Assembly (NCBI GenBank): GCA_016745075.1 | Contig: JADGDD010000002.1 | Coordinates: 2,034-66,033 of the forward strand | Direction: 5' to 3' | DNA length: 64,000 nt | Source of the DNA: Planctomycetota bacterium | Lineage (GTDB): Bacteria; Planctomycetota; UBA11346 | Made by a program: the position numbers and the translations under genes | The notes under the pieces: model-generated | Database searches by the model: none | What the model saw: the letters and a program-made list of their open reading frames with translations, nothing else | Told to the model about the DNA's origin: nothing | Shown here: piece after piece, positions 11,247 through 20,938 of the stretch | Layout of the letters: every line of letters starts with the position of its first letter | Position numbering within the stretch: position 1 is the stretch's first letter

Positions 11247-11782
11247 TGGATGAAACTCAAGGCTCTGTTCTTTTTTATCACTCAATAGCTCAGGAGTGCC
11301 AATGGCTTTTACGGGTAGAATAACCTTGTTTGGATGTAGTTTACTCATTTTGAAAACGTTTTTATAAAGGATCCGTCTTTATTGCTTGATCTATAATTTA
11401 TTATTGCACAGAAATTATAATGTAACCATATGCTTCTTCTAAGACATATAAATACGTTGGTGTTTGTTCTTGTAATTATTGGCAAGGTGTTCGGCTGGTC
11501 ATTAATGACGCCAGACAATTTATTCTGCTGTTTATTAAATACTCAGTTACACGTGCAAAAAATGAGAATATTCAGTGACATTATACAAGAGCTCGACAAA
11601 GAAAAACAAACAGACCTTTGTTCGTTTTCTTATTGAATATTCATTATCTAACAGAATGCTTACAAATAAGCGTCTAATTTGTAAAAATAATTGGCAATGA
11701 AAATGATGTTTAATGCAGAAAGGTTATCATAATATCGATCTGAAGAACAAAGATCGATATTATTCTTGAGAATCCTTGTGGT

Positions 11783-13426
11783 ATGGCGGCGCTGGCAGAG
11801 CATGACACTTCATTAGGAGGTTTAATGGATATTTGCCAAGACACAGTTATTGCCGTCACTATCACCACAGAATCAGGGGAACGGAAGCCCTGTGTTGCTG
11901 TTGATGAAAGGTGGAAAGCAGGAGATGTTTCTGTTTCTATTCAGAATGGCAAGGTCACTATTCAATCGCCAGAAACGGCTTTGTCGTGGGTGCGGATTCG
12001 TTGGGCGAAAGAAGCTTTACGCGGAGCCATGTATTGTGGGGACCAATGGGAGCGAGGTTACGGTGATCATCACTGGCGCATTCTAACTCCTGAGCGTGCT
12101 TTGCCATGGTATGCTTTGGTTCGAGCTTCTGAATACACTTATGGTATAGGAGTGAAGACCGGTCCGCATGCATTTTGCAGTTGGTTTTTTGATGCGCATG
12201 GTGTTGATTTATTGTTGGATGTTCGCAACGGTGGCAGTGGTGTGCGTTTGGGTAAACGTATTTTAGAGGCCTGCGAAATTGTTTGTTATAACGGAACGAA
12301 GGGCGAAGCCGTCCAGCAAGTCGCTCAAAGCTTTGCGCGAAAAATGTGTGATACCCCAATTTGTCCAGACCATATTGTGTACGGTAGCAATAATTGGTAT
12401 TATGCTTATGGGGTCAGTTCTCATAGTGACATATTAAAAGATACAGACTTACTTATGGAACTAACTGAGGGTATAGAGAATCCTCCTTATATGGTAATTG
12501 ATTCAGGGTGGCAATACACAGGCGGTGGCTATAGCGAAAATCCTAATGCGGCCCTTGGGTGTCAGTGGACGAAAAGTAATAAAGCATTCCCAGATATGGC
12601 GGGATTGGCTTCTGAAATTGCAGAAAAAGGTGCTCGCCCCGGTATTTGGATGCGGCCCATGTTAGCAGATCCAGAAACTGACCCAAAGGAATGGTGTGTG
12701 CCAGTTGAGCGCATTCAAGACATGGGGGTAAGAGGAAGCTTTCCATTAACCGTTTATGATCCAAGTCACCCAGAAGCACTTGCTCGTATTCAATCAAATA
12801 TACAATGTATTGCTGGTTGGGGCTATGAACTAATTAAACATGATTTTTCAACTTTTGATATTTTTGGACTATGGGGTTGTGAAGCGAACGAATCTGTTAC
12901 GAATGACGGGTGGAGTTTTTATGACCGCACAAAAACCAGTGCCGAAATAATTTTAGATTTATATCGCGCTATTCGAGAAGGAGCCGGCAGCGCCGTGCTT
13001 ATTGGTTGTAATACGGTGAGTCACCTTGCCGCAGGTCTTGTTGAAATTCAGCGCACTGGTACAGATACAAGCGGTCTTAAATGGGAAGAAACTCGTAAGC
13101 AAGGTGTGAACACGCTTGCTTACCGGTTGCATCAACATGAGGCATTTTATCAAGTGGATGCAGATTGCGTAGGCATAACGGCTCATGTCCCATGGGAGAA
13201 AAACAAACAATGGCTTCAGCTTCTCTCAGAAAGCGGAACGCCACTCTTTGTTTCCGCTGCTCCAGAAGCCATTGGTGAAGAACAACGAGCCGCCTTGAAA
13301 AAGGCTTATGCGATTGCTTCTCAAGCACAGCCCCTCGCCATAGCCCAAGACTGGTGTGATACCTCAACTCCATCTCATTGGGTATTGCTCAATCATGAAG
13401 TTGTCTTTGACTGGTATGATGGGTGA
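11783..13426 (+). CDS. Putative TIM-barrel glycoside hydrolase (alpha-galactosidase-like, GH27/GH36-type)
   Basis: MVIDSGWQ motif resembles the DDGW box of alpha-galactosidases. 547 aa. Sits next to GH2 and an AraC regulator. Family assignment is uncertain. Confidence 0.45.
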   Translation: MAALAEHDTSLGGLMDICQDTVIAVTITTESGERKPCVAVDERWKAGDVSVSIQNGKVTIQSPETALSWVRIRWAKEALRGAMYCGDQWERGYGDHHWRILTPERALPWYALVRASEYTYGIGVKTGPHAFCSWFFDAHGVDLLLDVRNGGSGVRLGKRILEACEIVCYNGTKGEAVQQVAQSFARKMCDTPICPDHIVYGSNNWYYAYGVSSHSDILKDTDLLMELTEGIENPPYMVIDSGWQYTGGGYSENPNAALGCQWTKSNKAFPDMAGLASEIAEKGARPGIWMRPMLADPETDPKEWCVPVERIQDMGVRGSFPLTVYDPSHPEALARIQSNIQCIAGWGYELIKHDFSTFDIFGLWGCEANESVTNDGWSFYDRTKTSAEIILDLYRAIREGAGSAVLIGCNTVSHLAAGLVEIQRTGTDTSGLKWEETRKQGVNTLAYRLHQHEAFYQVDADCVGITAHVPWEKNKQWLQLLSESGTPLFVSAAPEAIGEEQRAALKKAYAIASQAQPLAIAQDWCDTSTPSHWVLLNHEVVFDWYDG

Positions 13427-13554
13427 TGTGAGCTACGGTGCACTGAAGAAGAGTTTTCAGGGCTAGAGGCAAGCACCCATAATAGGAGTAGAGATTAGCC
13501 GATGGCAAAAAATAACCGACTGAAGGATGTTATTCCTAAAGTCGGTTATAATGC

Positions 13555-13576
13555 TACCCGAGAGAGGATTCGAACC
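13555..13576. repeat. Attachment-site direct repeat. 22-nt copy of the 3' end of the tRNA-Leu gene found at 21686-21772.
   Basis: tacccgagagaggattcgaacc is identical to the 3' part of the tRNA gene on the same strand. Confidence 0.7.
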
Positions 13577-13698
13577 GGGAACAAGGTAAATGCGTAACAT
13601 TTAAGAAGCCATGTTATGGCTTCTGGCCGCAGAGACCTTGGCGTAGCTTTGCGTAGTCAACCACCCGAATTAAGGGTGGAGGTTCTTTTTGAGCAAGA

Positions 13699-13738
13699 AA
13701 AAACCGTTTTAAGGAATAGTATCCTTAAAACGGTTTTT
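13699..13738. terminator. Bidirectional rho-independent terminator hairpin
   Basis: aaaaccgttttaagg-aatagtat-ccttaaaacggttttt. Perfect 15-bp stem flanked by A-run and T-run. Confidence 0.6.
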
Positions 13739-13740
13739 AG

Positions 13741-13756
13741 TGGTACCCGAGAGAGG
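13741..13756. repeat. Second partial att copy (16 nt of the tRNA-Leu 3' end including CCA)
   Basis: tggtacccgagagagg matches the 3' terminus of the tRNA gene. Confidence 0.55.
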
Positions 13757-13910
13757 TACAAAAGCATTGTTTGATGTTGTTCTATGATTTACATGAAACA
13801 CACGTAAATAACGATGTATAATGAGATTAGTGTTTTTTATTGTCCGATGTTATACGCTTGTGTCTACGGTTTTTAGGGGTAAGTTTGCGGGTATATGACA
13901 GGAGCATTTA

Positions 13911-15122
13911 ATGCCCAGATTGACAAAACCTTTGACCGCTACGGAAGTAAAAAATGCTGACGATAAAAAGAGAGCGTATCCCTATAAATTATCAGATGGG
14001 CGGGGCTTATATGTACACGTTACAGCGTTTTCTAAAATATGGCGCATGAGGATAAAGTTTCACGGCAAGGAAAGTGTTTATACAATTGGTCGTTATCCAG
14101 AAATAAGCTTAGTCGATGCACGGAGAGAAGCAGAACGAATACGGGCAGAGCTGGCGCAGGGTATTAACCCAATTGAATCGGCAAAAGAACGTAAGGCCAA
14201 AGCTGAAGGGCGGGATTCTGTAAAAGCACTAGCAAAAGATTTTCTGGCAACCAAAGAAGAAGAATGGAAGCCTGAACACATGAAGCGGGTAACAAGTAGA
14301 ATTGAAAGAGATGTGTTGCCGTATATTGGTAGACGTGACATAGAGAGCATAAAGCCAGATGATATTTTGGGCATTATGAAGCGCGTGGAGGAGCGTGGTT
14401 CTCTTTATATGAGTAAACGTGTTCGGAGCATGCTGCATCAGATCTTTGACCTTGCTGTGGTACAGGGGCGAATACCAAGCAATCCAGCTAAGAGAGGCTT
14501 GAATAAGCTTGTTAAGTCCCACCAGACGCAACACAGAGCGGCGTTAGTTGATAAGCCAGAACGCTTTGCAGAGTTATTGCGTGCGATTGATAGCTATGGC
14601 GGTTTCTACACGAAAAAAGCCTTTGATTTGCTCATGAGAACGGGGGCAAGGTCTATTGAAATACGAGAACTCACATGGGATGAAGTGGACCTAGAGAACA
14701 GGCGAATTATCAAAGCCAGTACAAATATGAAAATGAGGCGTGAGCATGTGTTTTTCTTAAGCACGCAATCAATCAACATCTTACAAGAGATGCTTCCGCT
14801 TACTGGCCCAGATGGCTATGTATTTCCGTCAGATATAACAGGAGAGCCTTTATCTGGTAACGCTCTTCTGAAATTACTTCGTTCAAATGGATTTACCAAA
14901 GATGAAATGTCTGTACATGGTGTACGGACGCTGTTTCGCACAACGGCTGATGATATGAAGTGGGGCGACAATAGAACGCTTGAACTGTCGCTTGCTCATA
15001 CAGACGGTGATAAGGTACGCGCAGCGTATTTGCGCAATGAAAAAGTGGACGAACGGCGGGAAGTCATTCAAAAGTGGAGTGATTATTTGGATGAATTGCG
15101 AGACAGGTGGACACAAATGTAA
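13911..15122 (+). CDS. int: Tyrosine-type site-specific integrase (P4/CP4-57 family)
   Basis: 403 aa. N-terminal DUF4102-like arm-binding region (GLYVHVTAFSKIWRMRIKFHGKE). C-terminal catalytic domain with the R…HGVR…Y arrangement (SVHGVRTLFRT…AHTDGDKVRAAYLR). Confidence 0.85.
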   Translation: MPRLTKPLTATEVKNADDKKRAYPYKLSDGRGLYVHVTAFSKIWRMRIKFHGKESVYTIGRYPEISLVDARREAERIRAELAQGINPIESAKERKAKAEGRDSVKALAKDFLATKEEEWKPEHMKRVTSRIERDVLPYIGRRDIESIKPDDILGIMKRVEERGSLYMSKRVRSMLHQIFDLAVVQGRIPSNPAKRGLNKLVKSHQTQHRAALVDKPERFAELLRAIDSYGGFYTKKAFDLLMRTGARSIEIRELTWDEVDLENRRIIKASTNMKMRREHVFFLSTQSINILQEMLPLTGPDGYVFPSDITGEPLSGNALLKLLRSNGFTKDEMSVHGVRTLFRTTADDMKWGDNRTLELSLAHTDGDKVRAAYLRNEKVDERREVIQKWSDYLDELRDRWTQM

Positions 15123-15224
15123 GCAAATTAGCGTGATTTGTTGATGGGTAAGTGTTTTAGATAAGCTGAAAGGGTCTTTTCTCTAAAGAATTGGCTATGG
15201 AAGCCCATCAGATGTTACAACGAG

Positions 15225-16283
15225 TTGCTGGCAATGTTACAACGTGCTAGACATGGAAGGCAAAGAATGGGCAAAGGATCTTATAAATGTTGGGCTGTGG
15301 TTGATGTATGGGCTCAAAAGAAACGCGAAGAAGGTCGGCGATGGCTGGGGCGTGCTAGGAACAGGAAAGAGCAAAAATATGTGACTAAAGTGTTTGATCT
15401 GAAGGATGAGGCAGAATGCTGGGCTGAACAAAAGTATTTAGCTTTAGAAGGAGCGTTGCCTACATCAATGAAGCCTGATCGTTTTGATCCAATAAGTAAT
15501 TGGATGGGAGAGAGTGTACCTAGAAATTCGTTTGATGAGTGGCGTGATAGAATGCATTATATAATGGAAGAAGGGAAAACACATGCGAAAGAGATTGTTG
15601 AGTCAATTAAGCAAGGCCGATCTAATTCTCGAGGGTCAATGTTGAGAAAAGGTTTATTGCCTATTCAGCTAACTGAAAATGATATAAATGAACGAGAACA
15701 AAGTTTGTTAATGCATTGGTATAAAGTTGCTAGAGAGAAACAGTACAGTGGAAAGAGTGGTCGCAAGAAGGAAATTGCAGTCTATTTGTGGAAGTTGATA
15801 CAAGAAGCGAGGGGAGACACTTCATATTTTTTGTTTGACAGAGGGTTGCAGGGAAAAGAAAAAAGCGGTTTCATTGAAAATGATTTTTCTCAGTTAGGGT
15901 TTGAGGGGTATTGGGTATATCTAATGATAATGACATCTGCGGAAGAAAACTATTTGGTAAAATATGAAAAAATAAAAGCGGAGAGATATGAGGCAGGTAA
16001 GGGTATAAACAACGAAGAGAAGAAACAGAGGTTGTTAAGGGAATCTAATTGTCTCGAGAATGAGTTGGAAAAGAAATGGCCCAAAGGTTGCGACGGTGTA
16101 GATATGGTTAAACATCAACATAGGATGCTTTTTCGTTGGCTTGTTGAACATTACGTATATCTATTTTTGATTGAATCAAAGGAGCATGAAACACACCGAA
16201 TGCTAACATATTTTTGTGACCACCTTTGGAAGTTGAAGCTTTTCGACCATTCCATTGAGGCGTACCGATGTGATAACTCCTAA
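15225..16283 (+). CDS. Hypothetical island cargo protein (Trp/Lys/Glu-rich, no recognisable domain)
   Basis: 352-aa ORF immediately downstream of the integrase. Start probably near 15267 (MGKGSY…). I recognise no motifs. Confidence 0.6.
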   Translation: MLAMLQRARHGRQRMGKGSYKCWAVVDVWAQKKREEGRRWLGRARNRKEQKYVTKVFDLKDEAECWAEQKYLALEGALPTSMKPDRFDPISNWMGESVPRNSFDEWRDRMHYIMEEGKTHAKEIVESIKQGRSNSRGSMLRKGLLPIQLTENDINEREQSLLMHWYKVAREKQYSGKSGRKKEIAVYLWKLIQEARGDTSYFLFDRGLQGKEKSGFIENDFSQLGFEGYWVYLMIMTSAEENYLVKYEKIKAERYEAGKGINNEEKKQRLLRESNCLENELEKKWPKGCDGVDMVKHQHRMLFRWLVEHYVYLFLIESKEHETHRMLTYFCDHLWKLKLFDHSIEAYRCDNS

Positions 16284-16389
16284 GTAAACCTTCTGTCCAA
16301 GTTGGACAAGAACCCCAAATAAAAAAAGCTTAGTAAATTAAGGGCTCCTAGGTGAAATATTTTCACCGCTTAGAACAAAGGAGCCTACT

Positions 16390-16704
16390 ATGGCCAATGT
16401 AATTGTAACTGATCAGAAAGAGTTGTGCAGACTTATTGATCAGCTTATTCGAGAAGCGTTTAGCGCTGAAATAGCAATGCACCGATTGAAGGTTGGTGAG
16501 AGCGCTCAAATGCTTATTCCTGCTCAAGTGCGCGATTATGTGCATTGTAGTAACCAGCGTGTCTATGATGCGCTTAAAAGCGGGGCGTTGCCGTTTGTGG
16601 ATGCTAGCAAGACCCCACGGGGTACCCGCAAGCTTATACGTTTAGCTGATGCAGAGGCGTGGGCTGCTGCTGGTGCGCCTGTAGAGATTGAGGTGCAATC
16701 ATGA
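16390..16704 (+). CDS. Excisionase/MerR-like HTH DNA-binding protein
   Basis: RDYVHCSNQRVYDALKSGALPFV resembles excisionase-family HTH_17. 104 aa. Sits in an operon with alpA. Confidence 0.45.
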   Translation: MANVIVTDQKELCRLIDQLIREAFSAEIAMHRLKVGESAQMLIPAQVRDYVHCSNQRVYDALKSGALPFVDASKTPRGTRKLIRLADAEAWAAAGAPVEIEVQS

Positions 16705-16916
16705 GCAATGATTATGCGCCAGTACAGCCAGAATACGGACGGATGCCAAGGGTTCAAAGCGAGTGCGGTAATATAGCTCGAAGCACTGTCTACGCGTGGA
16801 TGGAAAAATCAAATTTTCCAGCTCCACTCCGATTATCAGCAAGAACTGTCGTATGGGATATGGCCGCCGTGCGTGATTGGATCAAGTCTCATGCCAGTGT
16901 GGAGGGTGAGGTATGA
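16701..16916 (+). CDS. alpA: AlpA family phage regulatory protein
   Basis: 71 aa. RMPRVQSECGNIARSTVYAWMEKSNFPAPLRLSARTVVWDMAAVRDWIKS matches the AlpA/Phage_AlpA HTH pattern. Start overlaps the stop of the upstream gene. Confidence 0.7.
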   Translation: MSNDYAPVQPEYGRMPRVQSECGNIARSTVYAWMEKSNFPAPLRLSARTVVWDMAAVRDWIKSHASVEGEV

Positions 16917-17101
16917 GTGCCAATCTGAGAGAACTGGACAGGACGACAGCAGAATATCGAAAAGCATGTCAGAAGCTGGTGCTTGAGCTTTTTCCAGATG
17001 CACAAACAGCAGGTCCCGTTGACTTTCTTGAAAAAGCACGGGAAGTTAGAGCGCGTATCCAGTCTCGTATTTATGTACAAAATCAAATTAAAGGTAAATA
17101 A
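16913..17101 (+). CDS. Hypothetical small protein (island)
   Basis: 62-aa ORF. Translationally coupled (overlapping start/stop) within the alpA operon. Confidence 0.4.
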   Translation: MSANLRELDRTTAEYRKACQKLVLELFPDAQTAGPVDFLEKAREVRARIQSRIYVQNQIKGK

Positions 17102-17102
17102 A

Positions 17103-17408
17103 ATGATTCATCAAAACAGAAAACCACGGGGGGCAACCCGTGGTAGTCATGGCGACTATAACAGCCACCTCTTTACTTATTTCCCAATAGTAGCGCCATT
17201 ATTCTCTGGTGAAAGTGCAAAACGGCACTGGCTCAAACGAGATGACTATGTGTACCTATGCGATGGTAGCGGCATAGGAATTGAGCTTTGCAGGGCATCC
17301 CAGCTCTGTGTTGGTGACTCAATACAATATGAAGGTGAACAAGGGCATGTACTAAAAGCAAATATAGAGCATGGGGCATGGGTGGAGGTGATTTCATGGA
17401 ACAAGTAA
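17103..17408 (+). CDS. Hypothetical protein (island)
   Basis: ATG at 17103 immediately after the stop of the upstream gene, 101 aa. Longer ORF-track entry 16983..17408 probably over-extended. Confidence 0.45.
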   Translation: MIHQNRKPRGATRGSHGDYNSHLFTYFPIVAPLFSGESAKRHWLKRDDYVYLCDGSGIGIELCRASQLCVGDSIQYEGEQGHVLKANIEHGAWVEVISWNK

Positions 17409-18901
17409 GTGTTGTTACTGGAAAAGTTTTTTCATTCTCACCAGAAGATTTACTGAAAGACAGTGTTGAATTACCAAAGCTTGATATGGAACTACTACCA
17501 GCCTCAATACGGGGCTGGATAGTGGATTGTATAGAAAGAATACAGGGCCAAGAAAGCTTTGCTGTTGCTGCGGTATTGTGTGGAGCCTCTTCGATAATAG
17601 GCAGACAGCGTGCGCTTTTTCCAAAGGAATGGGATAGAGGCTGGTGCGTTGTGCCCAATTTATGGGGTGCAGTTATTGGCAGTCCGTCACAGAAAAAAAG
17701 TCCTATCATAAAAATGATGATGGAACCTGTTTATTACCTTCAAAAACAAGCAAACCAGAAGCATGAGGAAGAATTGTTTGTATATAACCAGAGAGAGGAT
17801 GAATACCGATTGCAGAAAAAAGTCTGGGAAAGGGAATATATGAACCAGTACCGCAAACAGAGCGAGGCGAGTGCGATGGATTATAGCGATCTTTTAGACC
17901 GTCCTGTAGCGCCAGTACAGCCCTGTAAAGAGGTATACCAGATAAGTGACCCAACCATAGAAAGGTTGCTGCAAATTGTGCAGGAAACACCAAGAGGAAC
18001 GCTCATACTCAGAGATGAATTGTACGGTTGGTTGAAATCATTGGAGCAAGACGGGAAACAAAAGAATGACAGGTCTTATTATTTAGAGCTATGGACTGGT
18101 GATGCCTACATATCAGATGATCGCATGGGACGGGACGGCATTAACATTGAAGGTGGATGTGCTAGTGTGTTTGGCGGGATTCAACCAGATAGTATTGTCA
18201 GTTATGTCAGTGATACCTTGGCAGGTAAGAACGATGGCTTGCTTCAGCGTTTCCAGTTGTTGGTGTATCCAGACCCGCTCACAGCATACACACATACTGA
18301 CAGGGCAGAAGATGAAGCAGCGAAAGAGAGCTATATGTCTGCAATGCTTGCGCTCAGTGAGCTAGGATTTGCCAATGATAATCATGAGCCCATTACGTTG
18401 CGGTTTACATCGGATGCACAGAAGGTGTTTACTCGATGGTTCATTGAAAATGAGAGACGTACAAGAGGCGAGTGTCGCGGAACGATTCTTGAAGAAGTTT
18501 TAGGAAAATACAACTCATTCGTCCCGTCTTTAGCACTTATTTTTCAGCTACTTTGTGACCCGTCTTCAATGCAAGTTGATGTTGTTGCCGTAGAAAATGC
18601 AATAAAACTAGCACAGTATTTTGAGGCGCATGTTCATAAGCTTTTTCACAGAAGAAAGACAAAGCTGGATTTAGCAGTACGCATGTTGGCAAAGCGCATA
18701 ATAAACAAAGCCCTTACTGATGGGTTCACGTCGCGTGAAGTCAAAAGAAAAGAATGGCATGGATTAGATGCACAGATGGTGGATGATGCCTTGCTAGAAC
18801 TAGAAAGTGCAGGATGGGTAGCCAGTACAAATATTGGCAAAACAAAGCCCAAAATAGTCTACAACATCAATCCAGAGATTTTCTCAATGTACGGAAAATA
18901 A
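17396..18901 (+). CDS. DUF3987-like (YfjI-like) protein, putative replication/primase-associated protein of integrative elements
   Basis: About 500 aa. Follows alpA as yfjI does in CP4-57-type islands. ATG at 17396 overlaps the upstream stop by 13 nt. Domain call is from memory of the family architecture and is not verified. Confidence 0.5.
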   Translation: MEQVSVVTGKVFSFSPEDLLKDSVELPKLDMELLPASIRGWIVDCIERIQGQESFAVAAVLCGASSIIGRQRALFPKEWDRGWCVVPNLWGAVIGSPSQKKSPIIKMMMEPVYYLQKQANQKHEEELFVYNQREDEYRLQKKVWEREYMNQYRKQSEASAMDYSDLLDRPVAPVQPCKEVYQISDPTIERLLQIVQETPRGTLILRDELYGWLKSLEQDGKQKNDRSYYLELWTGDAYISDDRMGRDGINIEGGCASVFGGIQPDSIVSYVSDTLAGKNDGLLQRFQLLVYPDPLTAYTHTDRAEDEAAKESYMSAMLALSELGFANDNHEPITLRFTSDAQKVFTRWFIENERRTRGECRGTILEEVLGKYNSFVPSLALIFQLLCDPSSMQVDVVAVENAIKLAQYFEAHVHKLFHRRKTKLDLAVRMLAKRIINKALTDGFTSREVKRKEWHGLDAQMVDDALLELESAGWVASTNIGKTKPKIVYNINPEIFSMYGK

Positions 18902-19008
18902 CCGCCATAACTGACATATCTTTTCGCTGAATACATTCTACAGAGATATGTCAGTTTTGTCAGTTGATTGATGCGTTTTGAATTTTAATCAAAAAGAATC
19001 AAAGGAAG

Positions 19009-19248
19009 ATGCTTATGCGTGGTGGAAAACGAGAAGGTGCAGGAAGACCCAAAGGCAAGAGCTCCCTTACAACTGCGCGTGAAGCGTTGATAGAGCACTC
19101 TGACGACATTATCAACGCGTTGTTAAAGAAGGTGCAAGACGGCGATATTCAGGCCATTAAGCTCGCGGTGGAGCGCCTTGTGCCTGTGGTCAAAGAGGAC
19201 TCAGCTAGTGACAGTGAAGACATTGACCCAGACTTTAGGTATATTTAA
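19009..19248 (+). CDS. Hypothetical small basic protein (GRPKG AT-hook-like N-terminus)
   Basis: 79 aa. KREGAGRPKGKSS motif. On the island. Confidence 0.4.
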   Translation: MLMRGGKREGAGRPKGKSSLTTAREALIEHSDDIINALLKKVQDGDIQAIKLAVERLVPVVKEDSASDSEDIDPDFRYI

Positions 19249-19417
19249 TTTTGATAATAGAATACCAGTTAATTCCAACGCCTTTCTCTATTAAAGCTGG
19301 TATATGTTCATCTATAGACCGCTGTGAAAGAGGGTTGTTTTTGACATCTAAGGATTGAGTTCCAGCAAAGGGCATAAATCAGATACTTGATCATCGATTA
19401 ACTTAATGCCATTGACA

Positions 19418-20938
19418 TTAACCGTTTCCATGCGGTCCTTTATCTTTAATAGTCCAGCCGTCAGCTATAAGAGCCGCTCTAGAGGTTTCTGCCGATGAGC
19501 CAGATGTGTAATTGCTTGAATTGGCTCCAAAACTAACATTTCTCTGGTGTGCTTGGGTTTGCCATCCAACAAGTAAAGCATCGTAATTGGTAGTGGAGAG
19601 AGCTGAATAATGGAACATCCCACCCATGTCCGTAACATTGGAGATGTTCCATTGACTCAGATCTTGATTGAAAGCACTAGCATCGAAAAACATCCCTGAC
19701 ATATCTGTGACATTAGCAGTATTCCAATTGCTTATATCCTGATTGAAGGAGGAAGCCACCCTAAACATCCTCCCCATGTCTGTAACATTGGAGACGTTCC
19801 ATTGGCTCAAATCTTGACTGAATGCACTAGCATGGAAAAACATCTCTGACATATCTGTGACATTAGCAGTATTCCAATTGCTTATATCTTGATTGAAGGA
19901 GGAAGCTCTCCTAAACATTCCAGTCATATTAATAACATTCGATACGTTCCAGTTGTTTATGTTTTGGTTAAAAGCAATTGCTTCATTGAATAAGCCAGCC
20001 ATAGATTGAACATTCGATACGTTCCAATTGCTTATATCTTTATTGAAAGTAGTAGCGCTATTAAACATGCTATCCATATTGGTAACACTAGACACATCCC
20101 ATGTACCAATATCTTGATTAAAGGATATGGCACCCCTGAACATGCTAAAGATAAGAGTAATGGAAGATACATCCCAGCTGCTTATATCTTGATTGAAAGA
20201 AGTGGCGCTGGAAAACATGTAACTAGCATCGGTAAGACTCGATACGTCCCATCTACTTATATCCTGATTGAAAGCAGTCGCGCCATTAAACATGTGGGCT
20301 GTCTTAGTAACCTTGGATACATCCCAGTTGCCAATATCTTGATTAAAGCCTACGCAGTCCCCAAACATATTCTGCATATTAGTAATATTGGATACATCCC
20401 AGTTGCCAATATTCTGATTAAAAGAAGCCGCTCCATAAAACATGTTATGCATATCTCGAACACTAGAGAGATCTGGGCTATCGACAGCGCTAACGGCATC
20501 AAGGTTGCGCGCCAAAAAGAAGGCATACGACATATTACTCCATGCAATATCTCCCCATTGTAGTATTTTAATAAGTTGATTTTGGCTGTAGACATTCCCT
20601 TTTAAGTAGATTCTTGGAAATGTCCCAATGATTCGCACTTCATGATCACCAGCGTTTTCATATGTATATGTAGCAGAACCGTATTCTTGAGTATCGTAAG
20701 TGCCGTCCGCATCCCAATCAACCTGATAGTTATAACCACTACCTGTGGTAGGAATTGTTACGCTCTGATTAGGGGCTGTTGTTTTCCAGACTGAAATGAA
20801 GGGACGGAAGTCGCCCGTAGAACCACCACCCGTAGAACCACCACCCGTAGAACCACCACCCGTAGAACCACCGCCGCCGCAAGAGGCAAGCGTTGAAGCA
20901 AGCAAGGCCACCACTATTAAACATTTCATTATATTCAT
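19418..20938 (-). CDS. BspA-family / DUF285 repeat surface lipoprotein
   Basis: Signal peptide with lipobox (LASTLASC). (GGGST)4 linker. At least 12 tandem ~26-aa repeats of the form FNQDIS.W(D/N)VS.VT.M..MF..A.. Confidence 0.8.
   Translation of the reverse strand: MNIMKCLIVVALLASTLASCGGGGSTGGGSTGGGSTGGGSTGDFRPFISVWKTTAPNQSVTIPTTGSGYNYQVDWDADGTYDTQEYGSATYTYENAGDHEVRIIGTFPRIYLKGNVYSQNQLIKILQWGDIAWSNMSYAFFLARNLDAVSAVDSPDLSSVRDMHNMFYGAASFNQNIGNWDVSNITNMQNMFGDCVGFNQDIGNWDVSKVTKTAHMFNGATAFNQDISRWDVSSLTDASYMFSSATSFNQDISSWDVSSITLIFSMFRGAISFNQDIGTWDVSSVTNMDSMFNSATTFNKDISNWNVSNVQSMAGLFNEAIAFNQNINNWNVSNVINMTGMFRRASSFNQDISNWNTANVTDMSEMFFHASAFSQDLSQWNVSNVTDMGRMFRVASSFNQDISNWNTANVTDMSGMFFDASAFNQDLSQWNISNVTDMGGMFHYSALSTTNYDALLVGWQTQAHQRNVSFGANSSNYTSGSSAETSRAALIADGWTIKDKGPHGNG
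20814..20873. repeat. Tandem repeat: four 15-bp copies (cccgtagaaccacca)x4 encoding the (GGGST)n linker
   Basis: Seen directly in the sequence. Potential slippage-prone tract. Confidence 0.85.

Noticed and set aside
13555-13690. Possible second tRNA or tRNA pseudogene at the left end of the island
   Set aside because: Only 22 nt and 16 nt matches to the tRNA-Leu 3' end are present. The intervening sequence does not fold into a cloverleaf. Interpreted as att repeats or tRNA remnants, not a functional tRNA.
20006-20595. ORF 20006..20563 (+) and 20350..20595 (-) inside the BspA-like gene
   Set aside because: Produced by the periodic repeat structure of the DUF285 gene read in other frames. Repetitive I/N/K-rich nonsense.
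20814-20873. CRISPR-like short direct repeats
   Set aside because: The 15-bp units are perfectly tandem with no spacers and lie in-frame inside a CDS (GGGST linker). Not a CRISPR array. No CRISPR array was seen anywhere in the window.
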